A stretch of 53,671 nt of DNA, counting the filler, from Squatina squatina (Eukaryota), in the NCBI GenBank assembly GCA_031763465.1. It is 3 parts of 3 records of this genome, joined end to end, with 100 filler letters (N's around TTAATTAATTAA, not from the genome) between each part and the next. Parts side by side here need not be neighbours in the genome. Positions count along the whole stretch, not along the records: positions 24,747 to 39,348 come from JARFOE010000162.1; positions 39,449 to 53,671 come from JARFOE010000013.1; 1 more part is not named here. The stretch is one strand, 5' to 3'. Position numbers and translations under genes: made by a program. Of this stretch, positions 35,798 to 47,460 are shown piece by piece. Position 1 is the first letter of the stretch. Each line of letters opens with the position of its first letter. A model generated the notes under the pieces. It had not been told where the DNA came from. It ran no database searches and saw only the letters and a list, made by a program, of their open reading frames with translations.

Positions 35798-36893
35798 TCT
35801 GTTGTGGTGTCTGTATAATAGTTTTGGGCTGTAACTCGGATTTGATAACCTGTCCACCAGATGACAAAGAAACGTTGCTTGACAAACTAGCAGGTTGACT
35901 GTTTAAAGTTAGAAGCGAAGTCTGATGGGGAGCACCAGGAGCCGGCAAGTTAGTTACGCTAACTGTTGAGTTCAATATAGCACTACTGCCGTTCGGCGTC
36001 GATGCAACGGACAGAGACGGGCCACTGTGAGGTGGTGGTCTCACCAATGTCACTGTGGGTCCTGCTGCCTGTGAGGAAACGACAGTTGAAGGAACATTCT
36101 GCGTACTGACAAAAGACGTCTGAATAACAGTGTAGGCAGAACTAGAGGCCGGCAAAGATGCCGCTGGCAACCCTGTATTAAGTGTGTTTTTAACAACAGA
36201 TCCTGGTCCATTATTGACCACCGTAATAGCTGGCAAGGTAGTTGCAGCTGCCGAACAAGTGAAAGTGGTGGCATTTCCTGCATTGAGAGAGTTTATCACC
36301 ATTCCATTATTCCCATTAAGAGTTTGCACATTGGAGGTGACAGTTTTCACATGGTTGGACACTGGGGTTGCCATTGCACTTATGACCACCGATTTCCCCT
36401 GCCCGATGCTGCCTGAAGCTGATGTTTCTGCTGCTGCTGCTGGTCCTGTCACTGGTGCCGCCGCTGTACTCTGCTCTTGTTCCACTCCTGGAGCCTGGGA
36501 CCTTGCATTATTGATAACAACACTTTGCTGTGCTCCGCTCCCCGCCGTCGTGCAGGGCAAAACCCCGCCGCCGAATGCGTTCTGCGAGTTAATCTGTACG
36601 CTTTTCCCCTCGGAGCTCTCCTCCACTTTGATTTTGGCTGCGGTGGAAAGCTCTGCTCCTGCCAGTCNNNNNNNNNNNNNNNNNNNNNNNNNNNNNNNNN
36701 TATTGCGCACCAGCCCGGGTGTGTTTTCCACGTGATTGTTCACCACCTGCGGCCTGATTGCGGCCTGCTCCGCCGCGTTGTGGCCCGTAGCCGCCAACTG
36801 GGACTCCAGGGAGCCGACCAAGTCGCTCACCACTTTCTCGTCCACGTCTGAGAAGAACACATCGTCCAACAGATCTGAAGCCCCCGCCGCCAT
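35798..36893 (-). CDS. TAF4: TAF4 exon 1 (start codon at 36893; 3' boundary anomalous and approximate; 33-N gap inside)
   Basis: MAAGASDLLDDVFFSDVDEKVVSDLVGSLESQLAA is the TAF4 N-terminus, followed by a low-complexity A/S/T/V/P-rich region; head-to-head with LSM14B. Confidence 0.9.
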
Positions 36894-37030
36894 CTTAAGG
36901 CAGAACTCTTGTTTGACTCGGATCGCGCAGGCGCAGCGAGCCGTGTTATTGGGGGTTACGTCAGAACTGGGGCCGCGACGGCCGGCCGCGATTGGTCGGC
37001 CCGCAGTTTAAAGCGCCGGCCAATGAAGGA
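36886..37030 (-). promoter_or_regulatory. TAF4 CpG-rich promoter with YY1 motif over the ATG and two CCAAT boxes
   Basis: AAGATGGCGGC (36886-36896), ATTGG 36991-36995, CCAAT 37020-37024, high CpG density. Confidence 0.6.
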
Positions 37031-37510
37031 GCGCNNNNNNNNNNTAATGGGCTGTGGAATGACTGTGCGGCGCGGGCTGGAGACGCGCTGGGCAGCAACA
37101 ACACGAAGGGAAAGGCTCGAATCCCGCTCCTTCGGGTCTGAAAGATTGACCTTTCCGACCAGCTCGACGGTTTCGACGAGATTGGCGTCAAAAGCGACTG
37201 TTTTCTGCGGATTTTCCGAAATTATCTTTGTACATTATTGTGTGCAAGATGGCTCCCTCGCTCCAGATGCTGAAGGGCGCCACACCTGGTGTATGTGTGG
37301 AAACAGCAACTTGTCTCACAGCTTTATCTCAGCGGACATGTTAAATCTACTTCTGAGGTTTTTATTTCATAACTCTATGGGGATGTGTATACAACTGAAG
37401 TGAGAGCTACTTAGCACCATAGCCTGTTTTTAAAAAAAGTAAACTTGTGTAGTTTTTAGTTGATTCCTAAGACTATTTATACTACTGGGATGTTTTATAA
37501 CTATTTAATT

Positions 37511-37997
37511 TTAGGGTTAGGTTTGTGTTTAGATTTAGGGTTCAGGTCAGGGTTCAGGTTTGATTTAGAATTAGGCTTAGTGTTAGGAATAGGGTTAGTT
37601 TTAGTGTTAGGCTTCGGGTTAGGGTTAGATGTAGTTTCAGGGTTATTGTAGGAAGTAGGGTTAGTGTCAGGGTTAGTGTTAGGTTTCGAGCAAGGTTAAG
37701 GCTTCGTGTCGATTTCGGGTTAGTGTTAGGGTTAGGGTTAGGGTTACGGTTCAGGTTACGATTCGGGTTCAGGTGAGAATTTGGGTTTGTGTTGGGTTTA
37801 GATTTCAGGATGGGTTAGATTAGGGTTGGGATTCGCGTGTGGTTTAGGGTTTGGGTTAGGTTTAGGGTTCTGGTTAGAATCATGGTTCGTATTAGGTTCA
37901 GGGTGAGGCTTTGGATTAGGGTTAGGATAAGTGTTTATGTTGGGGTTCGGGTTAGGTTTAGGGTTACGTTTAGCATTAGGTTTCGTGTTAGGGTTTG
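37511..37997 (+). repeat. Degenerate telomere-like (TTAGGG)n hexamer array, ~490 bp
   Basis: Hexamer periodicity with TTAGGG, TTCGGG, TTAGTG, TCAGGG and TTAGGT variants. Confidence 0.9.
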
Positions 37998-38707
37998 GTG
38001 CTACAACCAATATCAGGGCTGCATTTCTTCATGAACATGGAACTGAAATTTTTGTATAATCCTTCCCGAAACGCTGTTTACACTCGGGCAATTGAAACAT
38101 TTCAAAAGTGAGAGTAATACATTATTGGTTAAGCAAGTTTAATATGCTTACAGGACCCACGGGGCTGGCTGGAGTTGAGATGCAGCACAGCTACGTTTTC
38201 ATTGAATGTCAGAGCAGGTTCAAGGGGTTGAATGTCCCCACTCCTGTTCACATTTTAACGGGATTGTTCCTTTATGTTTCAGCCTTGGAAAACGTGAAGG
38301 AGAGTCTCAGGAAATCAGGTGAGAAGAAAGGATTTTGTTTCACACCTGCATGTGTTCTGAGAATTTGTGCCGTCAATGGTCACCTTGGTCTCTTCACTGG
38401 ACCCTGCTCGTTGGTAACTGAGGAGTCGTTGAGATGCAGTCAGTTTTCCCACCAGCAGTTTAATCTTCATGTTTTACCCACTACACCCGTCGACAATTGA
38501 TCACACACACTCCTCAACCTCTCTTCAAATCTGCCCTGCCTTATTGCTTCAGACAACTTTTTTTTTTTGCTTTCGTTCCTGTGGCAGTAACGGCCCAGGA
38601 TTAGTTGNNNNNNNNNNNNNNNNNNNNNNNNNNNNNNNNNNNNNNNNNNNNNNNNNNNNNNNNNNNNNNNNNNNNNNNNNNNNNNNNNNNNNNNNNNNNN
38701 NNNNNNN

Positions 38708-38967
38708 CCACGTCACGCCCCCTCTCTGAGACGGAGCTCCGGCCTGCAGTGAGCGGCCGCTGAGCGGCAGGAGGCGGGGCAGCTCCGCGAAGCCCGGCTG
38801 GGCCCCTAACGCCATATTTAAGCGGCGTGAGGGGAGGGAAATTGGGTGGGTGCAGCTGGCGGGTGTTTAAAGCACGGGGAGGGGGGAAAAAACCCAGCTA
38901 GAGTCTGTGGAAATAAAAAAAGTATAAATCGTTATTATTAACCAGCTTTTTTTCCCCCCCCGACATC
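38708..38967 (+). promoter_or_regulatory. LSM14B CpG-rich promoter/5' UTR
   Basis: CACGTCA at 38709, GC box GAGGCGGGGC 38771-38780, YY1-like CGCCATATTT 38810-38819. Confidence 0.55.
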
Positions 38968-39091
38968 ATGAGCGGCGGCGGAACGCCGTACATCGGCAGC
39001 AAGATCAGCCTCATCTCCAAGGCGCAGATCCGCTACGAGGGCATCTTGTACACCATCGACACCGACAACTCCACCGTGGCCCTGGCCAAGG
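38968..39091 (+). CDS. LSM14B: LSM14B (RAP55B) coding exon 1, Lsm domain start
   Basis: [42 protein letters not shown]|gtaagc; AQIRY and TDNS residues plus the TAF4 neighbour favour B over A. Confidence 0.92.
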
Positions 39092-39348
39092 GTAAGCGCC
39101 TGGGGCTCCGAGCCCGGGGGTGGGCGGATCCGGGGTCTTTGCTTCTCCCCCAGCGGCCTGTGCACTGGCTTGCCTTCCTCCATCCCTCCCTCCTTCCCCG
39201 CCTTCCCTTCTCCTCTGCTTTGAGCTGCGACGCCATCCAGCCTCTCTCTGCCTTCTGAGGCGCTGCCCCCCGATCTTTTTTAACAATATACTTTCGTTTT
39301 TTCAAAAACAAATTGTAAGGTACATTCCAATCCAAGGGTTCACATTTG

Positions 39349-39448
39349 NNNNNNNNNNNNNNNNNNNNNNNNNNNNNNNNNNNNNNNNNNNNTTAATTAA
39401 TTAANNNNNNNNNNNNNNNNNNNNNNNNNNNNNNNNNNNNNNNNNNNN
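39349..39448. other. Artificial scaffold linker (44N-TTAATTAATTAA-44N)
   Basis: 12-mer at 39393-39404 in a 100-nt spacer, same as 24647-24746. Confidence 0.95.
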
Positions 39449-40190
39449 ATCCCACTGGAAACAGACTTTCAGGCACATAAAAACCTATTGATCATCACCC
39501 TTTGCTTCTTACCATTGGGTCAATTTTGGATCCAACTTGCCACTTTGCCTTGGTTCCCATGGGCTTTTACTTTTCTGACCTGTCTGCCACATGGGACCTT
39601 GTCAAAACCCTTGCTAAAATCCATGCCGATTACATAAAATATGCTACACTCATTGACAATCCTCATAACCTCCTCAAAAAATTAAATCAAGTTAGTCAGA
39701 CACGACCTTCCCTAACAAATACATGCTGACTGTCCGTGATTAATCCATGTCTTTCTAAATAACGATTAATACTGTCCCTCAGAACTTATTCCAATAAGTT
39801 GCCCACCACTGAGGCTAGGCTGACAGGCCTATAATTACTTGCTCTTTCCCTTTCTCCCTTTGCAAACAATGGGACAATGCTAGCAGTTCTTCAGTCCTCC
39901 GGCATCACACCTGTAGCCAGAGAGGATTGGTAAATGTTGGTCAGAGCCTCCGCTATTTCCTGCCTTGCTTCTCTTAACAGTCTGGGATAGATTTCATCTG
40001 CGGCTGGCGATTTATTTACTTTCATAGATGCTAAATTCCTTAATATTTCCTCCCTCACAATGATTATCTCAGCTAACATTTCACACTCCTCCTTAACTAC
40101 ACCATCTGCATCGCCCTCTCTTCTGTGAAGACAGAGGCAAAGTATTCATTAAGCACCAAGCTCACACCTTCCGCCTCCATACACAAGGGA
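39449..40190 (-). mobile_element. Degenerate CR1 LINE RT fragment
   Basis: KVNKSPAADEIYPRLLREARQEIAEALTNIYQSSLATGVMPED, NYRPVSLASVVG. Confidence 0.88.
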
Positions 40191-40479
40191 TTAATTACCA
40201 CTTAAAATGACTGCTAGTGCTCATTAAAGAGGCTGCGCAGCATTTTGATGGCTAGCGCTGTCTTGTAACAGCAACCAGCCAGTTGAGAATAAACACGGTG
40301 TCAATTTCAAGCTCTACATAAAGAGATACTTAAAATTTCATGTTCACTTGTTGCTGGAGCTGTGAAGAAGACCGCTCAAACACACCGGGGGACTTTCTGG
40401 GACACTTTGTCAAGACTTCAGCAATACTTAAACAACATTTATTCTGGAAATTATCTGAGGACTGCACCTAAAAAGATTA

Positions 40480-40981
40480 AGGGGCAAAAATTGATTCACG
40501 TCCCATTGGGGCGAGAGCTGGCATTTCTTGCACTAGCTCCTGCCCTGCCCCGCCCACTGCAGGATTCATTGCTTCGGGGCACTAGCGAGCTGCAGCGCGC
40601 TCCTGGATGCAACTGGGGCGTCTGGCTTCTTACGTCGCTGCCGTGGCTTCAGCACCACGCTAGCGATGTCAGGTGTGTCGCGTTAACACCCTGCGTGCTG
40701 ACATCAGCAGCGCTGCCAGACCTCCCTTAAAGGGGAGGGCAACCCGCCATCCTGACAGTGCCCAGCTGCCCAACACTGGGCCACCAGGGACACAGGCAAC
40801 CAGGTCACCAGCCTGGCATGCCAGTCAGTGTGCCAGGCGAGGGGATGGTGGCCCGATCCGGCCGTGGGCCACCATCATTCGACCGACAATAAAGTCGGCC
40901 AAAAAGTAAAAATGGTGGCCGCAGACGCACAGGCCCTCCCCTTTAAGAGGGTCGATGCAGTGACAGCTTTTGCTGTAGCTG
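40480..40981 (+). mobile_element. GC-rich non-autonomous DNA-transposon-like repeat (related to 50094-50785)
   Basis: Starts ggggcaaaaattg; collinear motifs shared with the copy at 50094. Confidence 0.5.
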
Positions 40982-41469
40982 NNNNNNNNNNNNNNNNNNN
41001 NNNNNNNNNNNNNNNNNNNNNNNNNNNNNNNNNNNNNNNNNNNNNNNNNNNNNNNNNNNNNNNNNNNNNNNNNNNNNNNNNGTGTCTGCTCCCTGCTTTG
41101 AGGAAAATAACACTTCACAAAAGACATATGAGGAAAATAAACTTGTTTTTTCAGTTTGTGCGTCTTCAACCACCGCACGGTGGAACATAAAAGTATTAAG
41201 GAAAATGGTGTTAAGCTGCACTATCAAAGAAACCTTTTGTCATTTATTTTTGCCACTATCAATAAAACGTGCAACCAGCACAAGGTGTTTTATGCTTTCA
41301 TTGTAAAGCCGTGGGATATTATTATAACGTAATCATTGTAAATCTTTCACTGTAATTCTTTGTCAGTTATTTGCAGATGATATCAGTTTAGTACAGCTGC
41401 AATTCAAACCCCACAAACTAGCACTCCTGTAAGTCGTACAAATAATAAACCTCAGAGACTTTTAAAAAT

Positions 41470-41516
41470 ACATACACACACACACACACACACATATATG
41501 TAATACATACACACAC
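41470..41516. repeat. (CA)n microsatellite
   Basis: Interrupted CA/TA dinucleotide run. Confidence 0.9.
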
Positions 41517-44500
41517 AAAATGTCTTTTCCGACATCTTTCTTTAGAAATACAGTGCTTCATATCATTTCCAGACATTTTTCAACAAAAGACTTATTGCAG
41601 TCGTCCCAATCACTCAACAACTGTAATATGTTTTCCATGCACCGGATAGGCAGCTGTTGGCTGTACCTTTGTCTTTACTAAGATATCAGATAATCAGCAG
41701 AAGCTGCAACGTGGTACAGTAGCTGAAAAACCTATGTAGTTTGACCTTACTTAACATCACACTTCATAATTTTGATTGTCATTTAAATGGAAAGTCAAAG
41801 GCTAAGTCCCAACCTAAACATTACATCAGATAAACCATCTTAATCCGATCAACTCAAGTTACTCACTGAAACTTCACTATATTTACCCCTTTTATAAACA
41901 CAACACCCAGGCTTAGAAAAAACAGAGGGATCTGAACTTATTAAAAACATTAGCAACAGTGTTAAGCTATTATTAATTTTGATTGCAACATCATATTCCC
42001 TGTAGATAATGCAACACGCCGGTAATACGAGACAATTTACGTCGATGCAAAGTGGTTTCAGCCTCACGTCACTGCAAACTGGGTAATGTAACTCAGATGT
42101 GAAGTTGCCCAAATCAAATTTTGGGGCAACTTTATAAGAAAACCTCCAGGAAGTCATTACACATAGCTTCAGCACTGTGCCTGTTGCAGTGTAACTGCAG
42201 TAAGTACANNNNNNNNNNNNNNNNNNNNNNNNNNNNNNNNNNNNNNNNNNNNNNNNNNNNNNNNNNNNNNNNNNNNNNNNNNNNNNNNNNNNNNNNNNNN
42301 NNNNNNNNACCAGCATTTCAGATATCTTTTTTGGCTGTTTGACAGTGTATGACCAAATCAGCATGATACTAGCCCTAAGCTTTGGGGAGTTTTCCAGATC
42401 CATCCTCCCTTATCTCCTGGAAAATTTTAAGAAGTACATGCAGTGGCAGATTTGTATACAAGCTGCAGTCTATCCAGTGTGCAAGTGAAGGAACATGCAT
42501 CATGTATACAATTTGTATAAGAAAGGTTTGGTGTGTATCAAGTTTACAATGTGGCAACAGTATCAGATGTAAGTTGCAGCTTGTATTTGTGCCGTGCTGT
42601 AGCATGGCCATGCCTGGTAAACATTCAAAGAGCTGTAAGGCTCTATAAATGGAGCAAATAGATTATGAGAAAATACTTTGTGACAACTATTCTCAGGACA
42701 GTACAATTGGCAAAGGAGGCCATTCAGTAGCCTTGCATTAAAAGCTTTCTTACGCATCTCAGTCCAGATTATTTGAATGTTTGTGGCAAAAGTTACCCTG
42801 TCAGTTATCTGCTGCCAGACTTGCTGCTTCTATGGATGGTACTCTTCAGTGCTAAAGAGGACAACCCCCCTTCTGGCAGCATCAGCTCCAGTGCGGCATT
42901 GCAAAGCTGCTAGTGTAAGATGAGATGCTTTTTTAGTCCAAGAGTTTTGGGCAGGAATGCAGATGTTTAAATAGCTGCTGGAACTCTTTCAATAGCCTCA
43001 TGCAAACCCTCCAATACGAAGCCCGCTCTGCAGATAGATAGATAAACTATGCTAATCCTAAATATCAAAAGTAAACAGCCTCGTGAGTGTAACCCTTTGG
43101 AAACACTTGCATTGCACCATTCACCCTCAATTTTCACGTGAATTTCCAAGGTAAATTCTATATGCCTATCATAAAAGAAAGAGTGTAGTCAAATATGCCA
43201 TGTGAATGAAACATTTTATTTTCAGTGAAAATGTAATAGCATTCAATTAATCTGTGGGACTTGTAACAAAAATGATTTGCTCAAAATAAAATGCTTCTAC
43301 AAAGCGCATATAAACAATCGCTGCAATGCCTAACCTTGGAGTCCAGCCTCTGAAGTAGGCTCCAATGGTATGATACTAAATTCAGATAAATACATTTCCC
43401 CATAGACGGGTACACATTTTACTATTAAAAATAAATGGGATATTGGGTTGAGATGGAAATTCTGAATGTTAATGTATCTGATTGTTTGCTGCACAGTGTT
43501 CAATAATCTATACCCAACCGTCGTTTAGACTACTATGACTTCAACCATTAAGTTACAAGGATAAGAACAGATATAAATTATTTTTGCATTTGCATTATTA
43601 ATAAATTCAACTCCATTATAATACCCAACAACTCTTTACTGACCAGGCACTTTTTTTGGGAAGCTAACATGAGAAAGGTAATTAAATTATTGAGTTCTGA
43701 GCCACTTCACTATAATGTATGTCTTATTGACCAGAAACAAATTCTGCGGCCGATAATGTGATGCTTGGTGCCAGTAACGCCACTGTATATTGAGCGCAGG
43801 TGGCCCATATTATTTGGTGCTAAGGCTTTTTGTGTGTCATCATGCATATTATGGGATAATATGACGGGGAAGCATGTGCGGGGCCAATGATCCATGCACC
43901 ATTTGTGCACTAAGTTCGTTAAGGTCTGAAAAAATGTTAATAAGGTCCTTGCCCTATAATATGCTCTCAGTACATTCTTACACGATAGTTGAAGATGTGT
44001 CTTTTGACAACAACTGCGTGCATTTTTCTAGGATTGAAAGATTCCAAGGAATATCAAAACCAACAGTATGAGTTTTTACAGAAGAGAAGACAGGGCTAAA
44101 GGGAAATATGGGCTCATTGACACTTGCAGGTGAGACTATAATGGTCAATAAAGACATAACAGACTTTGTATCCATTGTCACAGTGAAGGAACAAGACAAA
44201 ATATTAGCATTATACTGGAACTTAAAAATAAATTAATGGAAGGACTTTGGTGGATTTATTGTACGTTTAAAAAATGGTAATGGAGAAAATAATGGGACTC
44301 AAGATAGCCATATCTCCAGAAATTGGTGGTTTCCGTGCCAAGGTATTACAAGAAACAGGTGAGGGAATTGCAGATGTCTGAGAAAGGGCAAACAAGACAC
44401 CATTTATACTGTAGATTTACACAATTTATCATCTGATCGTCCTGCACTGTTTTGAGCAGAGGGGATGGAAAAGAGAGGTGATTTTAGTATGGATGAACAT

Positions 44501-44867
44501 GGAGCCAGAGAAGCACAAGATGAGTTGGAAGAGTCAAAGAGGAGAGCGAGAGAAACATCAACTTGCTGACAGCAGAGACAGGAAAGAGAAAATTACCTAA
44601 CAGCGCCACAGGAGATGCACTGCATGTCTGTGCATACATTAATAACAATTAAAAAGTCTGCGTGTGCATGTCACCTTTCATGTTACATTTTATTGCAGAC
44701 AGATGCAAAACAATCAAAGTGAAAGAATGTTGGGTATTTCATCCTGGGACTGGCCTGGAGCCTAAAANNNNNNNNNNNNNNNNNNNNNNNNNNNNNNNNN
44801 NNNNNNNNNNNNNNNNNNNNNNNNNNNNNNNNNNNNNNNNNNNNNNNNNNNNNNNNNNNNNNNNNNN

Positions 44868-45380
44868 CTATCAGCATATAACCCTCTATTACCTTCGCAC
44901 CAAAATGTGCTTATCTAGCTTCCCTTTAAATGCACCAATGCTATTCGCCTCAACTGTTCCTTATTGTAGCATGTTCCACCTTCTCACCACTCTTTGGGTA
45001 AAGAAGTTTCTCCTGTATGCCCTATTGGATTTATTGGTGACTATCTTATATTTATGACCTCTAGGTCTGGATTCCCCCATAAGTGGAAACATTGTCTCCA
45101 CATCTACCCTAGCGAACCCTTTCATTTATCTTAAAGACCGCTATCAGTTCACCCCTCAGCCTTCTCTCTTCTAGTCTGTTCAGCCTTTCCCGATAAGTAT
45201 ATCCTCTCAGTTCTGGTGAATCTTTTTTGCACCTTCTATATCCTTTTTATACTATGGAGACCAGAACTGTACACAGTAGTGCCAAGTGTGGTCCAACTAA
45301 GGTTCGACACAAGTTTAATATATCCTCGCTGCTTTTCAATTCTATCCCTCTAGAAATTAACCCCAGTGCTTGGTTTACTT
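44868..45380 (-). mobile_element. CR1 LINE 3' portion
   Basis: Same subfamily features as 31845-32590 (ttctcaccactctttgggtaaagaagtttctcctg...). Confidence 0.8.
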
Positions 45381-47195
45381 TTTGTATCAGGTTGAGAATG
45401 TTTATGAACAACTCTTGATTCTCAAAAGTGCATTGCTCCCAATATAGATGGCTGTGTCAGCAATCCTAATGCATTTTATTCTCCATTAAGTATATGAAAC
45501 TACACAGTGATTTCACTAACTATGTGAATATAAGGGTACGAAAGGAACTGGGCATTTTATACAGAGCTCGTTTCCAGATAATTGTGTGTTTTGTTACAGC
45601 AGGTCAAACCGCTCTGCTAAATCATAGCCATAATGTTGAGAATATGAATAATATTTGGGAAAGCGAGGTCACAAAAAAAATAAACATCAGCAAAAATGTA
45701 ATTTGAAAAAGAGTCGTAATCAATTCAAATCTGATAAAGGATTTTTAAAAGCCTGGTATGTTGACAATAAGTAGCAATCCCTCCTGGAGTTCCTGCACAA
45801 TAATGTTGCTGGCAATATGAAAGCAAATCAGATTTATATCTAAATTATGATTTAAATATTAATCTCACAGTATATCATTCTGTACTGTGCCATTTATTGA
45901 ATCAGGGTTTTGCACTGTGCCACTTAAGAAACCTTTCATTGATTACCCAGATTATGAGGATTGGTTTATCATTAACTAAAATGTTCCATATCTAATGGAA
46001 ATCATCAGTTTTACCAGAACAGTTATTTCCCTCGACTGCAAGGGGACAACGACTGTTTTAAAACGCACATTTCAACGGTGTGCTTTCCAACGCAGCCCTC
46101 TTCTTGTGGTCTAAATGCACGTGAGCTCTAGCTTTTGGTTTTAATAAAGCTGCTTTCACTCGGTGCCTTTAAATTGCTCCAGGGTCTCTGGATTTCCAAG
46201 TGTTGGCCCTGCACGGCTGGTTGCAAGTTCAGTGTAAAACAGCTGAGACTCACAGAGACCAAATGTCACTAAGAATGGGTCTTACGTTAGGGTCTCTGGC
46301 TGCCCGTGCCTCACAAGCTGTTCTCATTCAGCCAGCAGCAAACTTGCAGGACAAAGGATAAATACTGCGGATGCTGGAAATGTAAAATAAAAACAGAAAA
46401 TGCTGANNNNNNNNNNNNNNNNNNNNNNNNNNNNNNNNNNNNNNNNNNNNNNNNNNNNNNNNNNNNNNNNNNNNNNNNNNNNNNNNNNNNNNNNNNNNNN
46501 NNNNNNCAACAAATCAATGTTACAAATGACAAAATAATTATATTTTCTTTAAACCACTGCTCAGTTTATAACTTAAATTTTAGCTGTGTTTTCAATCCCT
46601 GCACATTGCAGATACCTGATATCTGAATGAAGGTTTGAATGCTGCAAAACTGAAAGGGCTAACTTGGAAATTCTGCTAATAAAGCAGACGCTTATAGGAC
46701 GAGGACTTTTCTTCCCCCAAAAAGTCTTTAGTCAAATTAATGTGCAGTAAGGACTTCCTCACCATTGGAGTCAACTTGTACTATTAATCAGTTTTCAAGC
46801 GTGGGTACAAGGGAGCAACATTGCAGAAGTAGTTTTTACACTGACTCACTTCCATGAGGCTCTGGGTAGTTAGTATTTACTGCAGCTCATAAATTCCAAC
46901 AAAGGTTTAACAGAGAAGTAAACGTTTTATGATAGCGAGCCAAAAACATCAGTTAGACCAAATATTGCAGAGCAGATCCAATTCGCTTCAGATGCACTGC
47001 AAATTCCAAATAGTTACGCGTTGAACTCAACTGGCATTGTAATTAGCACTCAGATCTGGTCTTAATTTAGATCAACAGACAAGACGGATAGTAATNNNNN
47101 NNNNNNNNNNNNNNNNNNNNNNNNNNNNNNNNNNNNNNNNNNNNNNNNNNNNNNNNNNNNNNNNNNNNNNNNNNNNNNNNNNNNNNNNNNNNNNN

Positions 47196-47460
47196 TGGGA
47201 GATGTTGGAGATGTCACCCGTTGCACCTTGAAATGATCCATTGGTGTAGAAGTTGAGTGCTACTGTTACTTTCCTTGACTGCCACAGATAGAGCTCTGGA
47301 AGCCCTGGTCTGAGGCTGCAGGTCAGCCTGTAAGACTTGTCGTAGTTCAATGATGACCTCCTTTCTGAACCTCAGTCTTCTAGGGCATTGCTCATCCGTC
47401 ATCTCAAGGTAGCTGAACTGCCATCTGAAGACTCGGCAAGCATACCTCCTTCGATGTGCC
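47196..47460 (-). pseudogene. PIF/Harbinger (HARBI1-like) transposase N-terminal fragment, frameshifted
   Basis: RVFRWQFSYLEMTDEQCPRRLRFRKEVIIELRQVLQADLQP..ALSVAVK / VTVALNFYTNGSFQGATGDISNIS; apparent 4-nt insertion near 47270-47273. Confidence 0.85.

Noticed and set aside
37798-38034. PN-repeat and RV-repeat ORFs
   Set aside because: Simple translations of the degenerate TTAGGG array
24647-39448. Linkage of the NOTCH1 block to TAF4/LSM14B as a novel rearrangement
   Set aside because: The blocks are joined only by artificial linkers
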